From Eledone cirrhosa (Eukaryota), in the NCBI GenBank assembly GCA_964016885.1, contig OZ024744.1, forward strand, positions 83,204,001-83,268,000: a stretch of DNA of 64,000 nt. Direction: 5' to 3'. Of this stretch, positions 1 through 11,544 are shown in pieces. The notes under the pieces were generated by a model. It saw only the letters and a program-made list of their open reading frames with translations. It did not search any database and was not told the origin of the DNA. Position numbers and translations under genes: made by a program. The first letter of the stretch is position 1. Each line of letters opens with the position of its first letter.

Positions 1-20
1 ATATATATATATATATATAT

Positions 21-149
21 ATTGGTAAACGGAAAAGAAAATGCTGACAAATTGTTCACAGTGAAAAATAGTTTAATTAGGAATAAGTGAGAATTAGTAA
101 TAGTATTGGTTAGTATTCAGTTTTGGTTTTAAGTTTTACCGGTTGCGCA
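21..149 (-). mobile_element. Short TA-embedded element, family Q (putative PLE-derived 3' end)
   Basis: Near-exact reverse complement of 35650-35779 and similar to 59590-59709; flanked by (TA)n on both sides. Confidence 0.7.
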
Positions 150-150
150 T

Positions 151-193
<43 letters not shown>

Positions 194-226
194 TTGTATG
201 TGTATATATATATATGTACATATAAA

Positions 227-284
<58 letters not shown>

Positions 285-309
285 CTTTGTGTGTGTGTGT
301 ATATATATA

Positions 310-550
310 TTTAATTATGTAATAACCAACATAATATAATTATTCCATTACCCAAGGTTTCACGAAGTTAGACGATTCTAACAGAAACGTTTAATATCGC
401 TCAAAAGAAGGAATCTCTATTTGGATATAAGATATGAAATAAAATTTGGTAATGGAATAACTATATTGTGTGGTTCATTACATAATTAAATAGCTTTATA
501 CCATATATAGAGCACTCTTCTTTCCTTTACCTTTTCTACGGAAATACTTA
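310..550 (+). mobile_element. Fold-back element with HHR remnant
   Basis: Imperfect inverted arms 310-351 and 448-489; inside is ACGAA-GTTAGA-cgat-TCTAAC-AGAAAC (stem II plus GAAA, 5' core missing); TA flanks. Confidence 0.5.
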
Positions 551-697
551 ACATATATATATATTTCTGCTCTGTAGTATATCTTATATTTTACATGGAG
601 CTAATTATCTTACTGGTAATCGGGCAATACACAATATTACCCCTATCTGATTTAAAATTATATATATAAGAATAACTATTACATACACACACACACA

Positions 698-754
<57 letters not shown>

Positions 755-757
<3 letters not shown>

Positions 758-850
758 GGAACGTTCCTATTACCCACTCTACTACCCTAAGTATTGAGTA
801 CTTTGGTGCGTTATGGTCCAACTGGTTCCTTACCACATTTCCTTCGTTAT
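755..850 (+). mobile_element. Fold-back family P, minimal copy
   Basis: 16-nt palindrome ATAGGAACGTTCCTAT followed by the same ~80-nt tail (TACCCACTCTACTACCC...CCTTCGTTAT) as 51781-51860 and 56950-57029. Confidence 0.8.
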
Positions 851-1029
851 ATATATATATAAATATATATATATTATCTGTGTGTGCGTGTTACCTCCTT
901 TTATTTCGCCCAACCGTGTCCCAATTGTTTGATCAACGGAGCAGCCTACTCAAAACATTAATGATTAAACATTCCAAAATCTCGCCTGCATTGAACGTGA
1001 GACACTGTGTGTCATGCATATTAAAGGAA

Positions 1030-1164
1030 CAGTCCAGCCGACGAGTTTTTACAAGACATGTGTCGACTCGAAACCATGGTAAACCACTTCCCCAAGTTGC
1101 CACGCAGTACAAGCGAACCCGGAATCTCATTGCGCCGGAAACTTCTTAACCATTTGACCACAGG
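1030..1164 (-). mobile_element. Degenerate tRNA-derived SINE
   Basis: Minus strand has A-box-like TGGTCAAATGGTTAAG and B-box-like GGGTTCGC, then TGCGTGGCAACTTGGGAAGTG; loosely similar to 44990-45175. Confidence 0.5.

Positions 1165-1196
<32 letters not shown>
1165..1196. repeat. (GATA)n tract at the 3' end of the LINE
   Basis: Direct reading. Confidence 0.95.
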
Positions 1197-1197
<1 letters not shown>

Positions 1198-1460
1198 GTT
1201 TCTTTTATTTGCCACTAGGGCATCAAAAGTGGGACAAGTACAAAGGGGGGAGTTTACACAAAAAGGCGTCCTCAATAAGGAGGAGGCAATAACAAAATAT
1301 AAAAATAAAATAAGATATAACAAAAAATAAAATTTTTAACAAAATCCTCAATAGAGAGGAGGCGCCTTGGGGGGTCGCACACACCCCCGAAAAAAGTGTG
1401 CAACCCTTTTCCTCAGGAGCACAGAGAGGGGGTGCTCCCTCGTTCCTTCCTCTTTTCCAC

Positions 1461-4400
1461 CTACAGGCTTATGTAAAGAGAAGGCCCATTCACACGGGCC
1501 ATTCTCGCCACTTTCACCCACCTTTCATAAAAACGACTGGGGTGCAGCACCTCTCTCTCCATCCTGATCCTTCTTCCGAAATGATATCGGAAGAAACGGA
1601 CCAGTTGTTGGCCAGAGAGAAAGGCGCCCGACCTCAGTCCTTTCAGACGCGTCCACCATACAACCTCTTTCGCCATGGCTATTACGCACAGAAACACCGC
1701 CTCTGCTTCATCTTTGAAGGGGGGAGGCGGCTTGATCATTACAATAGACTCGGTGGTCAACCGGATCGGTCCCACCCTTGACAGCAGTTGTTCGACATAG
1801 CCCCACAGATCGGCTACGCCCGAGCAGTGTACCAATGCGTGTGCAACGGTTTCCTCGTCGCACACGCATCTGGGACAGATCTTTTTGGCGGGGTCCCTAC
1901 CCGGGCGCCCGTGTCTGTAGAGCCTTTCTCGAACGGGTAAAGCCCCTCGGTAGCACTGCCAGGCCAGGGACTTCTGGAAGTTGTCCATAGGTCCCGGGCT
2001 GAATGTCCTACCGAACAGGCTGGCCAGTTCGTCCTCCTCCATGTCTAGGGCTTCTCCGAGGGCGTCGTCGCACCTGCTGCGTACCAGCCCTCTATAGAAT
2101 GTTGCGGTGGAGTCTCCACTGATAACCGGATCCGCCTGCCAGAGGGCGGTGAGCGCCTGGGCACACTCAGTGTGCCAGGCGCCCAGTTTTCTCGGTCTCT
2201 GCTTGACCCAGGATTGCAGTTCGGTGAGTGAGACGAGTCTGGGAAAGGTTCGTCTCACAAACGGGGCCCACACCGGTTGTCCGGTGAGGAATACGTAGAG
2301 GTGCCGTAGCCTTAATGCGTGTTTACGCATCATTAGCCACGGCATCCCCAGCCCTCCTTTCGAAGGGTGTTGACAGCAGATGGATCTCCTCACCATAGGA
2401 GCCCGCCCCTTCCAAAGGAATTGGAAGAGCGCGCGCTCCATCTTGGTGAGGGTTTCCCTTGGGCAGGGCACTACGGTCAGGCGGTAGTAGATGACGGACG
2501 CTATATAAGTGTTCGCCACCTCCGCCCGACCTTTCAGGGATAGTTTGCAACTGGCCCACTTCTGGGTCAGTGCAAACACCCTGTTCGTAACCTCCGCCCA
2601 GTTTTTCTCCACCTGGAGGTCCGGTCCGAACCAGACCCCGAGCAACTTCACCGGGCCCTCCGTCCAGCGTCCGACGACGCCATCGGAGGGCATCGGTCTG
2701 CCCCTCCACGTGCCGAGTTGCAAACCGATCGACTTGTCCCGGTTCAGCTTAGCCCCTGTGAACTTTTCGTACTCCTCCAGTAAGGTGCCGACCGCCTCGA
2801 TTTCGGAGGCCGTCGAGACCATTACTGTCACGTCATCGGCGTAGGCCGACACCGCTTTCCGCAATCCCGGTTCCAAAGGGATGCCCTGCAACAACTCCAA
2901 CTTCCGCAGTAGTGGCTCGAGAGTCAACACATACAGAAGGGAGGAGAGAGGGCACCCTTGTCGGATGGACCGCGCGATTTTGAACGGCTCCGAGAGGTAG
3001 CCGTTCACCTTGACCCTAGAGCAGATGCGGCTGCTGTGCATAGCAGTGATCCAGCCCCTGAAAACGGGTCCGAAGCCTGCCGCCGCTAGCACCGCATCCA
3101 GGTAACCATGGTCGACCCTATCGAACGCCTTAGATTGATCCAAGTTGATCAGAGCCCCACCAAAGCCGGGTTCGTTCCCAACCCTCTCTATGATGTATCG
3201 CATGAGGTGGAGGTTGTCATGGATGGACCTGGACGGGATAGCGCATGTCTGCGCATCTCCCACCAGGTTGCCCACGACAAGCGCCAACCTCTTTGCTAGC
3301 ACCTTGGCCAAAATCTGTAACTCTGTATTTAGCAGAGTTATGGGCCTGAAGTTACTTATTTCGTCCCCCTTGTTCTCGTCCTTCCTCACTAGCGTGACTA
3401 CGCCCTTGGTCACAGTACAGGGAATTCTCCCGTTCTGTTGCCAGTTGCAGTAGACCGCCTCGAGGAGATCGGGGAACAAGTCCGGCATAGCTAGATATAA
3501 TTCGTAAGGAAGACCATCGAGACCCGGGGATTTGCGTTTGCCGCATTGGCCCAGCACGTCCTCTATCTCAGCGGCCGAAATCGGCTCCTCGCAAGACTTC
3601 GCCTCCCTGTCCGAGAGGCGCGGCAGGCCGTCGAGGTATGGACCGAAGTCCACGTTTCCAACCGGCTCCCCGCCCCTCCCGAACAGTCGGGCAAAGTGCC
3701 TTTGAAAGGCCTCACACATCTGCTTAGGCTCAAGAATCGCCCGTCCATCCAGGTCTCGCAAAGACCGGATGGTGGATTTAGTTCCACTGTTGGCCTCTGT
3801 CACGCGGGCCCAGCTAACAGCTTTGGCCCCCTCGTTCCCTAGAGCACGTATTTTACTTCGGACAACGCAGCCTTCGTGCTTCGCGTCGAAAAACTGGCTC
3901 AAAGCCGTTCTCGACGCTAGCACTCTGGCCACGTCGCCGCTTCTAATTGCCTCTTCTACTCTATCTATTAGCTCCCTTTCCTTCCTATTCCTATCCGCAG
4001 CTAGAACCTTACTAAATTCAATCGAGACTACTCTAATCTCTCTCTTTAGAGATACCCACCACCTGCTGTTGACGATCGCTCCAGTCAACCGTTCCTTAAC
4101 TAACGTACTAATCCGATTCCTGTAGGCTCTACTTGCCGGCAAGGACAAGTTGAGCTTCCAGTAACCGGGGCCCTGTCTATGCGTTCTATCAAGGTTGACC
4201 ATGCAGGTCACCAACTTGTGGTCTGAATAGCCAACCATGAGCATTTCTGGACAACTTAAAAAGTCCCTGTCCTTATTTCTAACTAAAAATCTATCTAGGT
4301 ACGATCTAGATGATCCGCTGCGATTTGACCAAGACCAGGTTGGCACCGTCGGAAAATCTAGTCGAAATCTATCGGCCAGGTCAAATCGGCCGAGTAACCC

Positions 4401-4898
4401 CTTGAGGCTGTTGCACCCCTCTCTATCGGGACATGCCCCTGCATAGTCCCAACGTGCATCCAGGATACCATTCCAATCCCCCACTAAAAGCAGGGAACGG
4501 GACGTCCCTAGAAAAGACTCCAGACGCTGGAAAAAGTCGGGCCGCTCTGTCCCAAAAGGGGCATATGCGGCTATCAGCCTAAAGGCTCTACCTTCACCAC
4601 TGCCAAGGTCCAGCACCACCAGTCGACCCCCTGGGTCCACGTGAACTATCTGTGTTGCAAGGCCCATATGTTTTTGCAGCAGAACGACAACCCCACCCCC
4701 ACCTCCGGGCTGACAGAGAGATGCGTGCATCTCAAAGTCGTCAAAGGTGGGGGCTAGCTGTCGCATGCTGCTGATCCGGGCCTCGCAGATAACCATCACA
4801 TTTATAGATTGTGACCTGAGGTCATTTAGAAGCATTGCTTGCTTCCAAGACGAGCCCAGGCCACGCGCATTTAGACACCCTACTCTTAGCACAGCCAT
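1461..4898 (-). CDS. LINE ORF2: APE endonuclease + reverse transcriptase + C-terminal CCHC zinc finger (Tx1/L1 type)
   Basis: APE motifs CLNARG, AYAP, GDWN, YLDRF, SDH; RT motifs KSPGLDG, FRPITLLN, DQSKAFDRV, QGCPLS, YADD; CPRC...HALVHC. First ATG at 4898; frame open from 4922. Confidence 0.95.
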   Translation of the reverse strand: MAVLRVGCLNARGLGSSWKQAMLLNDLRSQSINVMVICEARISSMRQLAPTFDDFEMHASLCQPGGGGGVVVLLQKHMGLATQIVHVDPGGRLVVLDLGSGEGRAFRLIAAYAPFGTERPDFFQRLESFLGTSRSLLLVGDWNGILDARWDYAGACPDREGCNSLKGLLGRFDLADRFRLDFPTVPTWSWSNRSGSSRSYLDRFLVRNKDRDFLSCPEMLMVGYSDHKLVTCMVNLDRTHRQGPGYWKLNLSLPASRAYRNRISTLVKERLTGAIVNSRWWVSLKREIRVVSIEFSKVLAADRNRKERELIDRVEEAIRSGDVARVLASRTALSQFFDAKHEGCVVRSKIRALGNEGAKAVSWARVTEANSGTKSTIRSLRDLDGRAILEPKQMCEAFQRHFARLFGRGGEPVGNVDFGPYLDGLPRLSDREAKSCEEPISAAEIEDVLGQCGKRKSPGLDGLPYELYLAMPDLFPDLLEAVYCNWQQNGRIPCTVTKGVVTLVRKDENKGDEISNFRPITLLNTELQILAKVLAKRLALVVGNLVGDAQTCAIPSRSIHDNLHLMRYIIERVGNEPGFGGALINLDQSKAFDRVDHGYLDAVLAAAGFGPVFRGWITAMHSSRICSRVKVNGYLSEPFKIARSIRQGCPLSSLLYVLTLEPLLRKLELLQGIPLEPGLRKAVSAYADDVTVMVSTASEIEAVGTLLEEYEKFTGAKLNRDKSIGLQLGTWRGRPMPSDGVVGRWTEGPVKLLGVWFGPDLQVEKNWAEVTNRVFALTQKWASCKLSLKGRAEVANTYIASVIYYRLTVVPCPRETLTKMERALFQFLWKGRAPMVRRSICCQHPSKGGLGMPWLMMRKHALRLRHLYVFLTGQPVWAPFVRRTFPRLVSLTELQSWVKQRPRKLGAWHTECAQALTALWQADPVISGDSTATFYRGLVRSRCDDALGEALDMEEDELASLFGRTFSPGPMDNFQKSLAWQCYRGALPVRERLYRHGRPGRDPAKKICPRCVCDEETVAHALVHCSGVADLWGYVEQLLSRVGPIRLTTESIVMIKPPPPFKDEAEAVFLCVIAMAKEVVWWTRLKGLRSGAFLSGQQLVRFFRYHFGRRIRMEREVLHPSRFYERWVKVARMARVNGPSLYISL

Positions 4899-4922
4899 GT
4901 TGGTGGTAAAGAGAAAAGGCAC

Positions 4923-6565
4923 TTACCTCTCTGCGTCCCGGGAAACGGGCCGCTCAATTTCCATGCTGGTTGGGGATGGGTTGTTGGGTGGGGTTGTGGT
5001 TTGTGGAAGTGAAGGGGCATCGGTGTGTTGTGGGGTTGGGGTGTTTGTCGTTGAGTGGGTGTCTGGGTGAGGTGGGGGGGTGAAATTTTTTAGGAGGACG
5101 CGGTTGATTGGTTTGGCGCAGGGGGGGCCCACGTCCTCCGTGAAATTTATTTTCAGTGTTTTGTACAAGTGCATTGGGACTTTTATCATTTTCAAATGAG
5201 GTAGTCCCACAGCAGTTATAAAGTTTGGCCCTTCGGTTTGGACCGAAGGGTTTGCTGAAATTGTTTTCCGTAATTCTTTGTTGTCTGTGTTCATGTATGT
5301 GTATTGTAATGTCTTTTTTTGTGTAGCAGTTAGTGTTGTGTGACAGGGAGGGGTGGTTTGTGTGTAGTTTGTGTTCTCTTGGGGGGGATTAAAGTTAACA
5401 TGTGTGTCTGTGGTGCGTCTCCTCTTCTTTCTTTTTACTTGTTGGAAGGGATCTTTTTCGTCTTGCGACGAAAGAGGTTCGTCTTCCTTGTTGGGTGGGA
5501 GGGGTATGTTTTCTGGTAGTGTTTGCGGTGTGCGTGTTTTTGTATTTGTTTTGGGTGGGGAGGGATTGGGTGGGACAGTATTCTGTGTTATTTTTTCACG
5601 TGTTTGTTGTTGTTGTTGTTGTGGTGGTGGTGGTGGGGTTGTTGGTTTTTGTTGTTGTTGTGGTTGTTTTTGTTGTTGTAGTTGGGGTGGTGTTGGTGTT
5701 GGTAGCAGTGTTTTTTTCTGTGTGAGCTGGGGACAGGCAGCCCTCAGGTGACCTCTATTGCCACAGAGGTAACAGGAGGGACGCCTACCCTCCACAATAA
5801 TGTTGAGGTGGGTACGGTCATCCAGCATGACGCGCTCAGGGATTTGGGCGATGCGTTCTGGCCTTATTTGGGTCAGAACTTCGATGCTCGTTCCACTGAA
5901 CGCGTCGCCGGATGCCTTCCCTATTGAGATGAGGTTGTCCTCGTCTAAATTGAGGAAACCGGTTAGTAACCACCAGTAGTTTATGTTTGGGGTGATGGTG
6001 GTTATCCATATCCTCTGGGTTTTTTTACCCATGTAGGTAGGGAAGAAGGTGTAGTGTGTGGACCGAATTGGCGACACAGAGTATTTTTTTGCCGCCAATT
6101 CGTCTTTCATCAATATGGATAAACTCCCATAGAGTTTATCCTTTTGTATGAAAGTGATGTCTCTCATCGCGTCTTTCAAGACTAACTGAGTTTCCGCTTG
6201 AGATGGTTGCGCTGGTTTCTTTGTTTTATTTAAAATTGTTCGGAATACGACAGTTCGTAATTCCGTCTGTCTTTTTAGCTCCGGAGGTGAATGTATAGAA
6301 AACGATCCGTTTTCACCAAAAGACACATATTTCTTGGCTTTTTCCAGCATTTCTTTTGCTTTTGAAATATCTTCCAGCACATAAGCGACTGATAATTTAG
6401 CCGTTTGTGCAAAAGATATTTTGTTTTCGTTTTGGATATTAGTATTGTTTTGTTTCTCGTCGTTTGAGTTGTTTTCATCTTTGTTGTTGTTGTTGTCTTT
6501 CTCGTTTCGTGTGTGGATACTTGTGACGTTTGTGTTGTTGTTGTTTTTGTTGTCTTTATTGTTGC

Positions 6566-6596
<31 letters not shown>

Positions 6597-6773
6597 GTTT
6601 TCAAATTCTTGTGTAGTTGTGGCTACATCTAGTGGTCGGTCAACAGGTGAAGACAATTCTTCCTCTCTCTGACCTCTGCCTTTGGCATCTGCTGCTGTGA
6701 CAATGGCAGGGGGAAGCTGTGAGTATAACTTCCCCTTTCCTTCTTTGATTGATGGTGAAGATGATTCAGCCAT
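4923..6773 (-). CDS. LINE ORF1, gag-like nucleic-acid-binding protein with a CCHC zinc knuckle
   Basis: CYLCGNRGHLRAAC knuckle, poly-Asn and Gln/Pro tracts, basic KRKKRRR; lies directly upstream of ORF2; first ATG (MAESS) at 6773. Confidence 0.88.
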
Positions 6774-6996
6774 TTTTCTCAAAATAGGGTTTTTCGAAGT
6801 TTTTCGAAAGATAAAATGTTCACAATACTATTTCGCCCAAAGGCGCAGAATATTTTGAGAGACCGACCAGATCAAAATTTGACCTGGCAGTCCCTCTACA
6901 AAATGATACAAAAATGAAAGTTTACAGTTTACAATTTCCGTATGAATTTAAACAAAAACTTACCGAGCGAGCTCAGCACATGTGTCCATCGTAGAT

Positions 6997-7034
<38 letters not shown>

Positions 7035-7035
7035 T

Positions 7036-7684
7036 GTTTCTTTTATTTGCCACTAGGGCATCAAAAGTGGGACAAGTACAAAGGGGGTAGTTTACACAAA
7101 AAGGCGTCCTCAATAAGGAGGAGGCAATAACAATATATAAAAATAAAATAAGATATAACAAAAAATAAAATTTATAACAAAATCCTCAATAGAGAGGAGG
7201 CGCCTTGGGGGGTCGCACACACCCCCGAAAAAAGTGTGCAACCCTTCTCCTCAGGAGCACAGAGAAGGGGTGCTCCCTTGGTCTTTCATCTTCCTCACCT
7301 ATAGTCTGATGTAGAGTGAAGGCCCATTCACACGGGCCATTCTCGCCACTTTCACCCATCTTTCATAGAAACGGCTGGGGTGCAGCACCTCTCTCTCCAT
7401 CCTGATCCTTCTTCCGAAATGATAACGGAAGAAACGGACCAGTTGTTGGCCAGAGAGAAAAGTGCCTGACCTCAGTCCTTTCAGACGCGTCCACCATACA
7501 ACCTCTTTCGCCATGGCTATTACGCACAGAAACACCACCTCTGCTTCATCTTTGAAGGGGGGAGGCGGCTTGATCATTACAATAGACTCGGTGGTCAACC
7601 GGATCGGTCCCACCCTTGACAGCAGTTGTTCGACATAGCCCCACAGATCGGCTACGCCCGAGCAGTGTACCAATGCGTGTGCAA
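7036..7684 (-). mobile_element. 5'-truncated copy of the same Tx1-like LINE
   Basis: Near-identical to 1198-1846, encodes the ORF2 C-terminus AHALVHC...ARVNGPSLYIRL; (GATA)n on both sides. Confidence 0.93.
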
Positions 7685-7741
7685 GATAGATAGATAGATA
7701 GATAGATAGAGAGATAGATAGATAGATAGATAGATAGATAT

Positions 7742-8317
7742 ATTTCTTTATTAGCCACAGAGGCACAAAAGAAGGGGACAAGTACAAAGGGGGAAGTTTA
7801 CATACAATAAAAACGTGTAAAATGTTATCACAAATGGAATTTAAAAAGTTAGTCGATTTTCCCCAATAGAGGGAGACAGTTTATATGGATAACACATACC
7901 CCCGAAAAAAAATATGCAACCCTCATCTCCAGGAGTACGAAGAGTTTGTACTCCTTTCCTCTCCTCCTCCTTTTCCTCAACCTACAGGCTGATATAGAGA
8001 GAAGGCCCATTCACTCGGGCCATTCTCGCCACTTTCACCCACCTTTCATAAAACTTGCTGGGGTACAGCACCTCTCTCTCCATCCTGATTCTTCTTCCAA
8101 AGTGGTATTTGAAAAAAAGAATCAGTTGTTGGCCGGAGAGAAAGGTGTCTGACCTCAGCCCTTTCAACCTTGTCCACCATACAACCTCTTTCGCCACAGC
8201 TATCACACAAAGGAAAACCGCCTCTCCTTCGTTTTTGAAGGAGGGTGGCGGTTTGATCATGACAATGGACTCGGTGGTCAACTGGATTGGTCCCACCCGC
8301 GACAATAGTCGTTCTAC

Positions 8318-8321
<4 letters not shown>
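7742..8321 (-). mobile_element. 5'-truncated copy of a related Tx1-like subfamily
   Basis: Encodes SRVGPIQLTTESIV...ARVNGPSLYISL; diverged 3' UTR ending AATAAAGAAATATATC; (GATA)n on both sides. Confidence 0.9.
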
Positions 8322-8394
<73 letters not shown>

Positions 8395-8446
8395 CAGACA
8401 GAGAGGGCGAGAGAGAGAGATAGAGAGATAGAGAGAGAGAGAGAGG

Positions 8447-8526
<80 letters not shown>

Positions 8527-8612
8527 CAGCGAGCGAGAGCGAGAGAGTGAGAGAGTGAGCAAGAGAAAGTCACGAACTTACGAACAAACATACCCAGCCA
8601 CACACACACACC

Positions 8613-8649
<37 letters not shown>

Positions 8650-10214
8650 ACTCGCACACTCTCTCACACACACACACACACATATATGCATATGTGTCTG
8701 TATGGTGTATGTGTGTATGAATGCAAACGTTACCATTATGTCAATGTCTATAAATGTGTCACTTCAGAATCCCAATATATTTCTGTATTCTTACTAAAAA
8801 AACAAGCTTGCGAAATTTTGCTTAGATATTAGTTTTACATTTGTACTAATTTTTATTTGCATAGCGAATATTGAAATACGATATTTAATCAAAATCTATT
8901 GCCAAAAACACTATGTTGAAATATATACATTGTTTCATTCACTACGCTATATATCACTATTTTGACTAGGCAGTACACCATATCCTGTTTCTATGGGAAT
9001 GTAAATAGGAATATGTGAGTTTCATTTATTTCCCATGTGTATTGAAATGAAATGGCTTATAGTCCACAATCGAAACTATATCAGCACCAGTGAGTTATAT
9101 CTTACTTTACAGCGCTCCCATATGCATTGTTGCAAGTATTGATTTATTTTGACTAGGCACAGTGCCAAGATATTTTGTAAATGTAGAAGATATATATGAC
9201 TTTATATTATTATTATTGCTTTCAATATCATTGGCATTTTCTATCGGACGAATGGAATATAAAGACGATCCTTCGTTATAAATGAACTCAGATCCGTGAG
9301 GAATGAAACTGAATACTAAAAAATTACTTAGCATCGACTGTCTACTGACTTACATTCAATATCTGAACACTAACGGAACGAGCAATCGTAAAATATCAGC
9401 TGCAACCAACTGAATTTCTTTCATCTCCTCAGTGACCACCAATATGACAACAGAAACCTTTTAATCTAAATCTCATATCAGCAGTATCGTGACCTTGAGA
9501 AGTTTTTAATGGATCAAAGCGTCCTACTGTGATTTGCATGTATAGATTCTGGCAAAGTAGTATGTCTATACAGCTCCATTCTTTACTATTAATGAACTAA
9601 TTCTAAAAAGATTTATTTTTGCTGTTCTCTTTCTTCCGTCCGCACTCCATCATATGAGGTGTAACCCGTGGCTCAGCTTTCACATTGCAACATATCTATC
9701 GATGTCTAACAAATATTGCAGAGAAGACATATCTCAAGACAGTTTTCTGAAAACGGTTTATGCGAATTGTAAAACCAAACCAGGCCAGACCAGGCAATTA
9801 ACCTAACTATTGTACATATGCTTGGCTTAACAATTACAACTCTTTACTCGAGGACTATATATATATTTATATATATTCTCCAGGCTATTTTTTCCAAAAT
9901 CCTTTTTTCAAAATCTGAAAAGTTGTCTTTAAATAATGAACAAAACGGTATCTTGTAGTAAAACACTCAGACACACATTTTCGTGTGTATCAATTTCGTC
10001 TTAATAATAGTAAAAAACAAAAAGACAAAAAAGTACCCTATTTCAGGTTGTGGTAATGTGTCCTTTATGTATCGTTTAAGGAATTCTCATTACATCCCTG
10101 AAAAATTGTTTCATTCTACAGTCAGCTAAATCAATCGAAGCAAACATCAACATTCTGCTCTGTTATTTATTCTACCGTTTTATTTCAGGCCATGTACAAA
10201 ATACTTAGTCGCAT

Positions 10215-10452
10215 TGGATTGCCAGTATCGGGAGAGGGTCGGACGTTGTGCTTTGCAGCATAGAGTCTGTGTTCGAATCCCGCCAAGGTTAACTTTGCCT
10301 TTCATCCTTATAGGGTTGATAAAATAAAATACCAGTAATGCACTGGTGTAATTGCTGTCCTTGTGCCAAAAGTAGAAACAATTATTAATTATTGTCATAA
10401 GAACCAGTAAGACATGGGATAATTGCTGGCCTTGTGCCAAAAGTACAAAACA
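10215..10452 (+). mobile_element. tRNA-derived SINE with Nin/Deu-type core (family S1)
   Basis: GTTCGAATCCCGCC B box, core AGGTTAACTTTGCCTTTCATCCTT...GATAAAATAAAATACC, duplicated 3' tail. Confidence 0.8.
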
Positions 10453-10597
10453 TTTATTTCATACGTATTTGAGACGCTTTACATAGAAAGTAGCTTTGAA
10501 TAGTTAGTTCATTTTGAATGTCAACGACAAACCTTACTGAATTAATTCCGTTTCAGTCAATGCTGGAGTTAAATAATTTTGTGGACTAGTTCTATTT

Positions 10598-10699
10598 ATC
10601 GCTGCTTTCACCCTTAACGGGATCTTCTGAGTTTCAGAAGATCCCGTTAAGGGTGAAAGCAGCGATTCTTTGCTTAAACTTTAATCTGTTATTTTAATA

Positions 10700-10700
<1 letters not shown>
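10598..10700 (+). mobile_element. Fold-back family A: perfect 33-bp hairpin
   Basis: 10598-10630 is the exact reverse complement of 10634-10666; same sequence as 20254-20341. Confidence 0.85.
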
Positions 10701-10766
<66 letters not shown>

Positions 10767-10852
10767 GGACATTAAAGTTTAAGCAAAAAATCGGTGCTTA
10801 TGTATGTATATATATAAATATGTGTATGTGCGTCCGAGAGAGAGAATGTAAG

Positions 10853-10904
<52 letters not shown>

Positions 10905-11544
10905 TGTATGGTGTGTGCCTTTGTGTGTGTCTACGTATGTATAAAGAGTTTGTGAGTAGTTGAATAGATAGCTGATGTTAATAATAATGATGGTGATGAT
11001 AATGTTGATCAAGATGAGAATGATGATTAAAACGAGTTTCTTATATATTATCAATCAACTAATAACGATACTATCTATTCTCCAGACGGCGAGATCTTAT
11101 ATAATCTGCGTTAGCTACCTTGGTTACATACCATCAACAGTCATAAGTCGACAAATATCTATTAATATAATCACTCGTGTTAATATCAATGTAGATAGCA
11201 TATTAAACATGTGTCTCGCTAATTCAGATGATTGGATATGTCATCCGGCCTTTATGATTGTATACAAATATACAGTATAAAGGTATTACGATATATTATA
11301 GAATGGAGTAGTATACACAGTCCCTCACACACACGCACACACACACATATACACATACACACACACACACATATATATATATATTAATTCAAAATATTAA
11401 CAAATATAGACATTCATGTAATCAAGTATATTTTATTATACACATTTCAGAGGTACTGAGCTATTTTCAACAGTACATCCTCATCAGATAAAATAAGTTG
11501 ATTCTTGACATACCTTGACTATGTTGATGGTTAAAATTCAGTCA

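Larger units (their letters stand above)
1198..6992 (-). mobile_element. Full-length L1/Tx1-clade non-LTR retrotransposon inserted in (GATA)n/(TATC)n
   Basis: Two long open ORFs, 5' UTR ~6774-6992, 3' UTR ~1198-1460 ending AATAAAAGAAAC directly on (TATC)n; GATA repeats at both ends, no poly(A). Confidence 0.93.

Noticed and set aside
1037-1085. Hammerhead-like CCGACGA...GAAAC-CATG-GTA
   Set aside because: The core is mismatched, there is no stem I, and the region reads better as the reverse strand of a tRNA-derived SINE.
1778-6672. Plus-strand and alternate-frame ORFs over the LINE
   Set aside because: Shadow frames of ORF1/ORF2 with no independent motifs.
9480-9760. Possible hAT transposase dimerisation-domain remnant
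   Set aside because: Only vague motif echoes across several frames with stops; it needs BLASTX or an HMM search to call.
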